From the NCBI GenBank assembly GCA_965603825.1, contig CBFDEM010000039.1, forward strand, positions 558,001-622,000: a DNA stretch of 64,000 nt, in the 5' to 3' direction. Each line of letters starts with the position of its first letter. The stretch's first letter is position 1. The position numbers and the translations under genes were made by a program. Below the pieces are notes generated by a model. The model saw nothing but the letters and a program-made list of their open reading frames with translations. It was not told the origin of the DNA and ran no database searches. This stretch comes from Blepharisma stoltei ATCC 30299. Lineage: Eukaryota > Protista > Ciliophora. Shown here one piece after another: positions 11,145 to 22,758 of the stretch.

Positions 11145-12239
11145 CTATAACCTGTTAATACGAATTAATAGACCTTCAATTTCTCTGTCGCCTAAACCTT
11201 CGTTTCTACCTTCTGACCATTCATCAGCATTTGTCCTATCAATCAGCTCTTCTTCACGGAAAGCTAAAATTTCATCAATATCGTACCCATTGTTTTTGAT
11301 GCTCGGAAAGTGATCTGCGATTTTTTAATAGTTCTGCAATCCAATCTCATCTAATGCTTGCTTTAGAGATTTCAATGTCAAGAGCCTGTGAAAGCGATTT
11401 AAACAATCTTCATCATCTTCTGGCCATCTAGCATCAAGTTCTTGGATTTGGTTGAAGTACATCGGGCATCTTTTTTCATTTCTGATCCATTCAATGTTAT
11501 GGGCGTATATATCATTTCCTGTATAATCTTTATCACAGTCTGCTTCTTTTTTCCCACAAAAATAGCACCATTTAGTCTGGCAAACTGAGCAAGTCATATG
11601 GGTACAGTACTCATCTTTCCTTCCTGAAAGTCCGCATTGCGGGCAGCGTCTTTTTTCTCCTTCTTCAATGGCATTGTCAATTTTTTTCTTCAAAGGATAC
11701 AACTCAGCACAAACTTGATGATAAAAGAACCCATCTTCAAGCATCTTTTCATATTCTTCTTCAGCTGCTTGTTCTCCTAAATAATCATAAAAGGCTTTAT
11801 TAGCAAATTCTTCATAGTCTGGTAGCTTGACATTTTTATCACAAAAAATGCATGTAACATCTTCACATGAGGGATTTCTGCAGTAAAACAGGGTAGCTGT
11901 TGATGATTTAGCCCATATTTCGAAATAATTGCACTTGGGGCACCATCTCATTGTTTCGTCTTCCGCAATTTTTGTAGAAGTAACATAAAATTGGTAGGTC
12001 GTAAGCAAAGCAGGAGAAAGCTGACGCTCAAAATTTAAAGCTGGAATTTCAACATTGCACATCGGGCACTTTGGGGGAAGGTTTGCTTGGTAGTCTTCAA
12101 AAATGCTTTCCACATACCCTTGTGTGCAATCCGCGCAGAGGTTATGGTCTTGAGGACATTTTATTCCTATATGATCCTCTTCAAGTTCAACCCCACAAGC
12201 ATAGCATGAAAGCTTTTTATTGTCTTTTTTATCTGACAT
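11145..12239 (-). CDS. RBR E3 ligase copy B; in-frame TAA at 11325-11327 precedes 59 further homologous codons
   Basis: Complete RING1/IBR/RING2; after the TAA the frame continues KIADHFPSIKNNGYDIDEIL... to TAG at 11145-11147, as in copies A and D. Confidence 0.8.
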
Positions 12240-12299
12240 TTATAAAACTGTGTTTTTGTCTGCTAATTTTAGTTAAAAAATTGTAGAAAGAATACAGCA

Positions 12300-15200
12300 T
12301 ATTTGATAAGATAATTCTTAATCGTAAACTTGTAAAGAAAGTGCTAAATTTTTTATAGAAGATATTGGTTTTTTTGAAGATGGATCCAAACCCAAAAGAA
12401 ACAATAAGAAGACTTGATATTTAAACAATTTCTGTTTAGAAAAGTTTTTGATTGGTTTTCTCACTCCATGCCTCTGCTTCAATACTAAAAATTCTAATTT
12501 ACCCATACAAAACTAATACGATTGCATTTTATTATTTTTTATTTTAATTCGACAATCGACTGCGAGAGATCAGGTCAACTTCTTTCTTCTCTTTCAATTT
12601 TTTATCAATTCAACTAATTGCTTTTCTTGTAAATATTCTTATAAATCGCTGCTTCGCCTACCTTTCCATTTTATAGTGTTAAATCTAGAGATCAAAAATT
12701 TATTTTCATCCCAGCATTCTCCCATCTTCTTACCAAAATTCACCTAATTTTTTATCTCAAATTTTTAAGGATGAATGCTTCTTTTTCCTGCATTAAAGAG
12801 GCTCATCTAACTCTTGTAAGTAAACCACTGGAATCGCTGCATTTATTTTTATCTTTTCTTTTCTTTTCTTACACTTTTATCTTCATAATAAGCAAAAAAT
12901 GTTTCCATATTTTAATAAAATCCATCGATAACTTCTGCAAAAATTATCTTTTTCAAATAAAAAAGTCTTACCTTCAAATGCTTTACCACGATAAAATTAT
13001 TGAAATCAGAGAAAAAAGAAAAAGAATTAAGCAATCTAAGAAAGTCAAGAAAGGTTCAAGAAATTTAAATTTAATCGATCAAAAATACTTAGTCTCTGAT
13101 AATAAATATGAAAACAACTTAAAAACACGCAAGATCTCAACAATTAAGCCACCCAAAAAAAACATTCATCCTCCTGTTAAAACTCAGAATAATGAACCAG
13201 TTAATGCCTACAACTATGATATCAAGACATATATTCCTCTAAAGAAGAGCATCATAAAGCCGATAGAAATCATAGGAAGAACTATTCTAAAAGAAAATCA
13301 CAAAAATACAATCAAAAAAATTTTTATAATTAAAAAGACTCCAGCAATAAGGAAAAATGAACCAGAAAGAGAAGATGTAAATTGAAAGCTTATTAAGGAA
13401 TCCTCGCAATCCTATAATGAAACTGCTTCCAAATCTCCAAAACTTTCTCCATCATCAGAAATAAATTCATCCACTTTGATGACAGATTTTCCTGAAATAA
13501 ACGTTTCTAAAATCGAAAACCCATTCTTACATAAAAAAGAAAAGAAAGAAAAACTGATAGTTGAACCCTTGATTTCAATTTATAACACCCAAAATAAGAA
13601 AAAGTTTGAAAATCCTTTCATCAATAAAGATGAAAAAGAAATTTACAAAAATAAAAAGATACAAATACTAGAGAGCAGAATGTTCCAAGATATGATTAGA
13701 CCTCTATGCACAATTCTCTTTATTGAAGCATCTGATAATCTCACAGATCCAAAAAAATGATTGAAAATAACCCATTCTCCCTTAAGAAAAAATAATGTCC
13801 TACCCGTTCAAGTTGAAGAGGAAATTATAATTCCAAATCCAAGAAGATTGTGCGAAAAAATAATAAGAAAAAATTTTGGATTCATCAACATTTCAGGAAT
13901 TGGAAAAGACGATCTATCACGAAGACAATTAAGAAATGTTATGATCGAAAACGATATTACTATCTTAGGAATAGCAGAAACTTGATTAAAAGATAAAGTT
14001 TATATTGATGGTTTTGTGTGAATAGGTAATAATGGACCTATAGTAGGCTACAGAGGATCAGGTGGAACTGGCTTATTAATTCATAATTCACTGGCAAATG
14101 AAATAACTTGAATTGAAACTAATAACCATAGAATAACTGCAGCAAAGATAGAAGATTTTTTGATAATATGCATATATGCACCAGTACTTGCAAACCACGA
14201 AAATGAAAAATCAATTAACGAATATAAATGAAACTTCTATATCAACTTTCAGAGGAAATAATAGACACACTATTATCGATTATATTATTTCAGAAACCCT
14301 ATCAAAGATTAAATACATAGAAGTCCCACAATTAAACACCAATCACGTATTATTACTATCTCATATAAAAAGTGTCCAGATAATACCAAAGCAAATATCC
14401 GTGATTCCATGATATAAATTAGAAGGCAAGGAATTAGAAGCGTTCCAACACAGAATCTGAATCAATTTCCAGAATAAAGGAATCTACAAAACTCTTGATC
14501 CTTTAGCAATATTTAATAACATCAAATCAACAATTGATGAAGAATCAAAATACCTACTAAAACATTTAAAACCAGACCATTTTAGAACCCCAGAAATGAA
14601 AATCTTATTAAATAGAATAAATGACTCGAGGAAATGAATAAAATTTTGCTGAACGCAAAATAATAGAGAACTTGCTAACAAACTACAAAAGGTAAAAAAG
14701 GCATGAATAAATAAACTAAAAAGACTATCTAACTATGAAAAAATCAGTGAAAGCAGATTGAAAGAATGTATGCAAGATCCATATGGAGCCTGAAACAAAA
14801 TAAAACGTCAGATGAATAAAAATAGAATCGCATTATCATTAAACAAAGAAGAGATTAAAGCTTGAGCAACAGAATTTGAAAATCAATTTAAAAGTAAAAT
14901 AGAATTCATACCACAAAAGGGATGCTCAAAAGAAGAACTATGAGATTTCCAAGATATCCAGAAAATCATTAAAAAATTACCAAACAAAAAAGCTCCTGGA
15001 CCAGACAATATAAGAAATGAGATAATAAAGAAAGGTGGAGATATAATGGCAGAAGCAATTACACATTTCCTTAATAGTTGCAAATTAAATGGAATCCCAG
15101 ACAAAGCCAATGAAGCAAAAACAATCCTTATATACAAAGGAAAAGGTAATCCGAAGGAACTTAATAGCTATAGACCCATAACCTTAATGAATAATTTTAT

Positions 15201-17307
15201 GAAGATTCTTGACAAAGCAGAACTAAAAAGAATTGAAAATACGGTTAATATCTCAGAAAGACAACATGGATTCACAAAAGGAAAGTCATGCATGACTCAG
15301 ATTTTTCTCTTAAAATCTACACTGGAATATCGTAAGTATTACAGGATTGGAAAAGGTAGAGACTCATATATATTATTTGTTGATTTCTCAAAAGCTTATG
15401 ACTCAGTTAATAGAATTAGACTATTAGAGAAAATTAAAGCAAAAAATATAAAAAATGATAGCTGAAAAATAATCTCACAAATGCTAAAAGGTGAACAAAC
15501 TACACTTGTCATAAATGGGATTGAAACAGAAAAAATAAACATAACAAGAGGTGTGAGACAAGGAAGTGCAATATCACCATTGTTATTTAATATATATATA
15601 GATGATATAGAAAAGGAAAATAATGACATCAATATAGAACTCCTCCCCAATCACCAATTAAAATCAAAAATCAATTTTCAATATGCGGATGATACAGCTT
15701 TTGTAATAGAAGATTGAAAAGACATTGAAAACATTTTAAATAAACTTGATAAATGATCAAAAGATAATGATATGAACTTGAATATAGGACCGGAAAAAAC
15801 AGCAATAATGCCAATCATAACAAAAAATAGGAAAAATATTATAAGTAAACTACCTAAAATATCATACCAAAATCATGAAATACCAGTTGTTGAAAAATAT
15901 AAATATTTAGGCAAAATAATGAATGGAAATATAAGAGGTACAGGATTCGACCAAGCGCATTATAAATACCTCAAAGATAAAAGCAAAATATCTACTTGCT
16001 CTCTAATCCCTATGATTAGAAGAATGCTTAACATCCCAAGTAAAACTCTTATAAACTGCTTCAAAGCAATATTCTTACCAAGATGCACATATGGTCTTGA
16101 AATATGCTCAAGAATTAAATGCAAAACTGCAATTAAACAAATTCAAAGATCATTCAATAAGATTATAAGAGAATGTTGCCATGTTTATGACAAAACACCT
16201 ATTGAACCCATATTACTTGATTTAAATATTCCAACAATACAACAATATATTGACCAAAAATCATTGATATTTTTACAAAAAATTTTTGAATTAACACATA
16301 TATCTGAGATTGCAACCCATTTCCTAAGAAATTTCGATAATACAATTACACCGACAATGAAAATCTACCAAGAGTTGCTTCAAAAATATAATTTTACAAA
16401 ACCATTCGATTTTAATAACAACATGATTAGCTGAAATGACAAAAATTGAAAAGGAAATGTCAAAGATAAACTCAAAATCTATTGAAGAAACGAAAACATG
16501 AGCATAATAAATAAAAAAGTAACATTAAAGATGTTTAAAGAATTAAGGAATCAAACTTTTACCACGAATAAACTCCCAAAATTCTGAATACTGAATAAAA
16601 ACCTAATTACTGAAACAAGAATAAAGGCTGCTTGAAGATATGGTGCTGGTCCATCTAAAGTATTAGTTCTATTGAGAAACAGAAATAATCAAGATAACAC
16701 TTCGAATTTATGTGAATTATGTAAAGTCAAGGAAACAGATAAACATATTCTTAACGAATGCATAAAATATAAAAACGAAAGAATCAAATTTATACAAAGA
16801 TTACAAGATATGATAGGCAGATATATTAACAATACAAGCATATACAATTGACTTATTTCAGATGTTACAGAATTAAAATTTTTAGAAGAATTAGGTGAAG
16901 AAAAATGAGAAAAGATTGACTTTTTAACAAAGATCACACTAAGAAGTATTGATGATAAATTGCGAACTAGCAGAGAAAACAGCAAACACAAGCATTTCTT
17001 TGAAATCCAAAATATTGAAGATGACCTCAAAAAAGAAAACATATCTATTCATGATTTAAATTTTTGAAGACTCGTTAAAAGTATAAGGCGTTTGAAATAG
17101 TACGCCAATAATTAATTTAATCCTAATTTAATCCTTTTAATCAAATGCTTTTGGATCATTATTAATGCCTTCCTAATGCTACTAATTAACAATAAGACTA
17201 TACCTGATTGAAATTCTGAGCTATATCACTTATTTCATAATTAGAAACCTTAGCATAGCGCATAGGCCGCTGGGAAAATCAATCATGCATGCCATCACAC
17301 GTCATAG
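12300..17307 (+). mobile_element. Non-LTR retrotransposon (LINE; APE endonuclease + RT + CCHC). Left boundary approximate.
   Basis: Contains the APE/RT ORF; right end abuts the point where RBR copy C homology stops (~17308); pyrimidine-rich putative 5' UTR ~12450-12970; no TSD identified. Confidence 0.85.
12978..17100 (+). pseudogene. LINE polyprotein: basic N-terminal region, APE endonuclease (internal deletion + frameshift near 14200-14220), reverse transcriptase, C-terminal CCHC knuckle
   Basis: APE: GFINISG, LGIAETW, RGSGGTGLLI, IYAP, TF...IDYI, NH. RT: KAPGPD, YRPITL, QHGF, FVDFSKAYDSV, GVRQGSAISPLLFNIY, YADD, YKYLG. CELCKVKETDKHILNEC. Ends TAG 17098-17100. Start Met uncertain (12771 or 12978). 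Confidence 0.88.
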
Positions 17308-18319
17308 ATATATGTTGCCTCCTATATAACTTTTATCACAATCTGATTCTTTTTTTCCGCAAAAATAGCACCATAAAGTCTGACACACTGAGCATGTCAT
17401 GTGGGTGCAGCTATTATCTTTTCTACCTGCAAGTCCACACTGTGGACAGCACCTTTTTTCTCCTTTTTCAATAGCATTGTCAATTCTTTTCTTCAAAAGA
17501 TGCAAATCAGCACAAGATTGGTAATAAAAGAACCCATCTTCAAGCATCTTTTCATATTCCTGTATAACTTCTTTCTCTTCTTCATAATTAGAGGCTCTTT
17601 TAGCAAATTCTTCATAGTCTGGTAGCTTGACATTTTATCACAAAAAATGCATGTAACATCTTCACAAGAGGGGTTTCTGCAATAAATCAAGGTAGTTGTG
17701 GATGATTTAAGCCATATTTCGAAATAATTGCACTTAGGGCACCATCTCATTGTTTCGTCGTCCTTCAGGTTAAGCATGAAATCGATCTGGCCACCCTTTA
17801 AAAACTATGCACCTTGTGCTGATACAAAGAAATATAAATAAACTGTAGTACATTCGCTATTTAAATCTATTTTTTTAGCATGTTTAGCAATATATAAATA
17901 CTCTATCTCATTTAATATAGATCCAAATATTATATTTTATAGTGTGAATAAGCAATGATAACGGACAGCAATACTTGATTATGGATTTATTTAGTAAAAT
18001 TATGCTACAATTGTTTTATTTGCCTTGCTTTCTTTTAAGCAATTCGACTAAATTAATATTTAAACTGAAATATTAAAGTTAAATTCAAAATAAGTCTCTA
18101 TTAAGATGACGCTCAAAAACTAAGACTGGAATTTCAAGATTGCATATAGAACATTTTGGTGAGAGCTTTGCTGGTATTCTTCAATATATTTTCAACAAAT
18201 TTTTTGGAGCAATCAGAGCAGAGGCTATGGTCTTGAGGACATTTTATGCCTATATGGTCCAATTCAAGAGAATGAAAGCAAGTATAGCATGAAACCTTTT
18301 TATCATCTTTCAGTAGCAT
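17308..18319 (-). pseudogene. RBR E3 ligase copy C, pseudogene (frameshifts, 265-bp insertion, C-terminus lost at the LINE junction)
   Basis: Homologous blocks 18319-18100 (RING1) and 17770-17308 (IBR/RING2); frameshifts near 18185 and 17632 relative to copy B. Confidence 0.85.
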
Positions 18320-18660
18320 TTATAAAATTAATCATTATTCTATGAATATTTATTTTATATTCATAAAAACTGGGAGATGAGTAAAATAATTATTTGCCAA
18401 TTTATTTTTTGTGGATAATTCTTATCAGATCAATTTTCTTTAAAAAAATGTAGAAATATAAAAATATATATGCTGATTCAGGTAGAATAAAGCTGATTTA
18501 TAAGCTTAAAAGTCTTCAATAATAGCTGAAATCATAAGGGTAGAAAAGAAAATCCTAAACTTATTAAAAAGTATATCTTTGAAGCTAAAAGTTTATTAAT
18601 CAAGATAAATATGGCTTTGAAGATATTTTTTTCAATTCTTAAATTTATGCTCTTTTTCAG

Positions 18661-19420
18661 ATGAGAAGTGAAAAAGTGAAGACTCTAAATGCTGCCCAGG
18701 ATGAAAAAATTTTGTATCTGGTGCAAAAAGGAATTTGCCAACGTTTGAGAGAAATTGCACATTGCAAAAACTCTGAAAGTGTACCTATCCAAATTTACAG
18801 AGAGGTGCCATGAAAGATAAAAGAGTACGTATACATCGTTCATAGTAGCTCTGGAATTGATGAGACAGCCAGAAAACATAGTCAAGCGCCAGAAACTTCC
18901 ATTAGGAATGCACAAGTCACATTCGCAATTGCAAATAAAAGTGAAGAACTAAGAAGGGATGGATGAAAGTAGTCCAAGAGGAGAGGAACTAAAAGTTCCC
19001 GTAGGGCTGAACATCGGAAATGGTGAAGCTAACTTTGCTAGATACGCGATCAGATTAACAATACCAGCAGGAATAACAGTGGAGGAGACTATTGAGGTAA
19101 TGAGTTAAAGGTGCAAAGTAGAGGTGGTGATAGGCAACTTAATACAGTTAGGAGAGGAAGAAATTGGGCTTCGCTTTAGCCAAATTGCAGGTATAAAATA
19201 TATGGCGATTTTGCAGAAGAAGAGCAAGCCTTAGAACTACAGACGAGATGAACATAAGAGGAAGAAGGATATGGCTGGCTCAGGCAACATTTCTTCATTT
19301 GAGATCTGCAACCAGTTGGGGCATAATACTGGAGGGCATAAAAGGATAATAAAAAGAAAAGAAGAAAAAGCACAAGAGGTAAAGGAGAGAACAGGAAAGG
19401 AAGTCAGCCATCTATAATCT
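18661..19420 (+). pseudogene. Degenerate purine-rich coding relic, possibly retroelement ORF1/gag-like
   Basis: Open 18661-18972 with TGA=Trp, then a second frame with two stops containing FEICNQLGHNTGGH (decayed zinc-knuckle-like) and a K/E-rich tail; more G-rich than its flanks. Confidence 0.35.
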
Positions 19421-19903
19421 CAAATGTAGGATGCAGCAAGAAGACGATAAATTAAAAGGTGTTAGGTACCCAATAAATAATAATTATAATAGGAAATGGA
19501 AAGATGAAGGAGGAAAAAGTCCACAGAGGACTGCAATGGGGCGAGCCCCATTTAATTTAAGTATATTGTAATAGACAAATTCAATTTCACAAATTTATGT
19601 ATAAAATATGTATAAAATTATATTAGTTAGCTGGATAATTTAATCAGTAAACATAAAACTTTTATCTTTTTATGCTCGCCAACTAAGGTGAGGGTAAGTA
19701 AGAGCGATGTAATAATATAGACAACTCATAAATATTTGCATTCAAGTTTCAACCTAAAAGTTTAAAATAATTCTACCAATTTATTTTTCATAAGTCTATA
19801 AAATCTCCATAAAATTTGACTATAATAATTGCCACAAGCTATAAATTTAATTTACTTTAAAACAATATAATCAATAAAATTAACGATCACAAGTATTAAT
19901 TTC

Positions 19904-21016
19904 TTATAATTCATCAATTCCAGCTGCTAGTTCTTCAATTTCCTCGTCTTCAAAAGGATCTAAACTATCTTCATCGCTATGGCTTCTTCTTCCTTCAGAA
20001 AATTCATCAGCCCTTGCCATATCAATCAGTGGTTCTTCCTGCACAGATAAAATTTCTTGAATACCATACCCATTGTTTTTTATACTTGGAAAGTGCTCTG
20101 CAATTTTGTAATAGTTATTTTCTCCGATTTCGTCGATAGCCTTCTTTAGAGATTTTAATGTTAAGAGCTGATGAAAACGATTTAAGCAATCTTCATCGTT
20201 TTCTGGCCATCTTTCATCAAGCTCATGAATTTGGTTAAAGTGCATTGGGCATCTTTTATTATTTCTAATTCAATCGATATTATGGGCATATATATCATTT
20301 CCTGTATAATCTTTATCACAGTCCGCTTCTTTTTTTCCACAAAAGTAGCACCAAACAGTCTGACAAACCGAGCAAGTCATATGTGTGCAGTACTCGTCTT
20401 TTCTCCCTGAAAGTCCACATTGTGGGCAGCGTCTAAACTCTCCTTCTTCAATAGCATTATCAATTTTTTTCTTCATTGGATACAATTCCACACAAATTTG
20501 ATGATAAAAAAAGCCTTCTTCAAGCATTTTTTCGTATTCTTCTTCAATATCTTGTTCATCTTCATCACTATTGATTTCTCTATTAGTAAATTCTTCATAA
20601 TCAGGGAGTTTTACACTTTTATTACAAAATATGCATACCACATCTTCACATGAAGGGTTTCTGCAATAAAATAGGGTAGCTGTTGATGTTGTGCATCATA
20701 TTTCGAAATAATTGCATTTCGGGCACCATTGCATGGCTTCACCTTCTTCCAATTTTGTAGAAGCTAAGTAAAATTGGTAGGTAGCAAGGGCAGCAGGAGA
20801 TAGCTGACGCTCAAAATTCAAAGCTGGAATTTCTAATGTACACATAGGGCATTTTGGAGGGAGATTCGCTTGGTAATCTTCAAATATATTATCTACGAAC
20901 TTTTTTGAGCAATCAGAACAAAGATTGTGATATTGAGGGCATGTTATGCCTATATGATCTCTTTCAAGTATAGCTCCACAAGCATAGCAGGATGGCTTTT
21001 CGTTGCTATCTGACAT
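19904..21016 (-). CDS. RBR E3 ligase copy D (370 aa, intact, acidic tail)
   Basis: Three track ORFs in one frame joined by TGA at 20696 and 20270, both TGG in copy B. Confidence 0.87.
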
Positions 21017-21420
21017 TTATAAAATTACTCTTTATCTACGAATTTTATCTTGAATTAAATTTGAGAGACATTTGAGTAATTAAAATATTTCAAAAAATCA
21101 TTAAAATTTTCATATTTATCTAAATAAGCTGGAGGAAGAAAATATTTTAGCATTCTTAAGCCAATAATTTATTATACTGATAATTGCAAAGACAGCCTTT
21201 ATTTTAAGAATTCAAAATTTTATATATAATCTAATATAAAAAGATATCCAAATAATTAAAGATTATTAATTTAACTCTAATTTTTACAGTAAAAATCACA
21301 TGGGCATCCTAAATTTAAAGATCTATAATAATCCTTATCTTGGAGATTTTATAATTAATATTAAATCGCTCTATCTAATTTATCATCTTAATTCTTATTA
21401 CATCACACTGCACATAAAAA

Positions 21421-22722
21421 ATGTTTTCAAGGATTCTGAAATTTCACTCATTTCTAAAGGCTCCTGTGCGAAATTACAATCTTCACGAGTACCAAAGTGT
21501 TGAAATTCTCAACAAATTCAAAATCCCAACTCCTCTCTCCTTTGTGGCTCATTCTCCTGAAGAGGCTGTCACCAAGGCACTTAAAATTAATCAACCTGAA
21601 GTAGTGGTAAAAGCACAAGTTCTGGCTGGTGGCCGTGGCAAAGGGCATTTTATCCCAAACGAATTTAAAGGAGGTGTCCACATCTGCCCTGTCGGATCTG
21701 TACAAGAAATTGCATCAAAAATGATAGGTCAGTCTTTAGTGACAAAACAAACAGGAAGCAAGGGAAAGCCTTGCGATAAAGTCATGGTCGCAGAAAAAGT
21801 CTCTTTAAAGAGAGAGCTTTATTTAGCAATTTTACTAGATAGAAAATACGGTGGACCAGTTATTGTAATTTCATCAAAAGGTGGAATGGACATCGAAGAA
21901 GTGGCCAGAAAAGAACCTCAAGAGATACATAGTGTTCCTATAAATATCCACAAAGGAATCACCCCAGAAGTTGTTAACGAAGTTTCTCAGCTTTTAAATG
22001 TTCCGAAAAATTCAATTGAAGAGGTCTTAAAAAATCTTTACACTTCATTTGTGAAATTAGATATGATTCAGCTGGAAATAAACCCGTTAGGTGTTACCCA
22101 AGATGATAAAATTTTAATTTGTGACTCAAAATTGAATTTCGATGAAAATGCATCATTTCGACAAAATGAAATTTATTCGCAAAGAGATCTGACACAAGAA
22201 AACCAAGATGAGATTGACGCTCATAAATATGGGCTAAGCTATATAGCTATGGATGGAAATATAGGGTGTCTAGTCAATGGTGCAGGGTTAGCTATGGCTA
22301 CTATGGATATAATTAAGCTCGTAGGAGGAAGCCCAGCAAACTTCTTAGACGTAGGAGGAGGAGCCCAAGAAGACCAGATTGTAAACGCATTAAGAATTTT
22401 GGAGACAAATGACCAAGTTGATGGGATCTTTATTAATATTTTTGGAGGAATCATGAGATGTGACATTATTGCCCAAGGGTTAGTATCAGCTGCCAGAAAA
22501 ATCCACTTGACAAAGCCAATTGTGGCTCGGCTCTGTGGAACTAACTGGAGAGAAGCCGGCGAAATCTTAAGAAGAAGCGACATGAGCGTTATCACTGAAC
22601 AAGACGAAGAAGAAGCTGTCAAAAAAATCGTCAAAATCTCTGAGATCGCCCGAATTGCAAAAGATATCAAAGTCCACGTTACCTATTCCCCAGTAAAAGA
22701 CTATTGTGACTGGAAATACTAG
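21421..22722 (+). CDS. Succinyl-CoA ligase beta subunit, mitochondrial
   Basis: NLHEYQS, KAQVLAGGRGKG, GGMDIEEVA, EINPL, GNIGCLVNGAGLAMATMD, NFLDVGGG, NIFGGIMRCD; N-terminal presequence-like segment. Confidence 0.95.
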   Translation: MFSRILKFHSFLKAPVRNYNLHEYQSVEILNKFKIPTPLSFVAHSPEEAVTKALKINQPEVVVKAQVLAGGRGKGHFIPNEFKGGVHICPVGSVQEIASKMIGQSLVTKQTGSKGKPCDKVMVAEKVSLKRELYLAILLDRKYGGPVIVISSKGGMDIEEVARKEPQEIHSVPINIHKGITPEVVNEVSQLLNVPKNSIEEVLKNLYTSFVKLDMIQLEINPLGVTQDDKILICDSKLNFDENASFRQNEIYSQRDLTQENQDEIDAHKYGLSYIAMDGNIGCLVNGAGLAMATMDIIKLVGGSPANFLDVGGGAQEDQIVNALRILETNDQVDGIFINIFGGIMRCDIIAQGLVSAARKIHLTKPIVARLCGTNWREAGEILRRSDMSVITEQDEEEAVKKIVKISEIARIAKDIKVHVTYSPVKDYCDWKY

Positions 22723-22758
22723 CCTAGAATAAAGATAATTAGGATCTTATAAAAATAT

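Noticed and set aside
12318-12960. Possible antisense gene upstream of the LINE ORF
   Set aside because: All three minus frames contain TAA/TAG stops; better explained as pyrimidine-rich element 5' region. No ribozyme fold could be supported by eye.
14195-14262. Programmed ribosomal frameshift or tiny intron explaining the LINE frame change
   Set aside because: Neither would restore the missing GDFN-containing segment, and no suitable 15-16-nt GT..AG was seen there.
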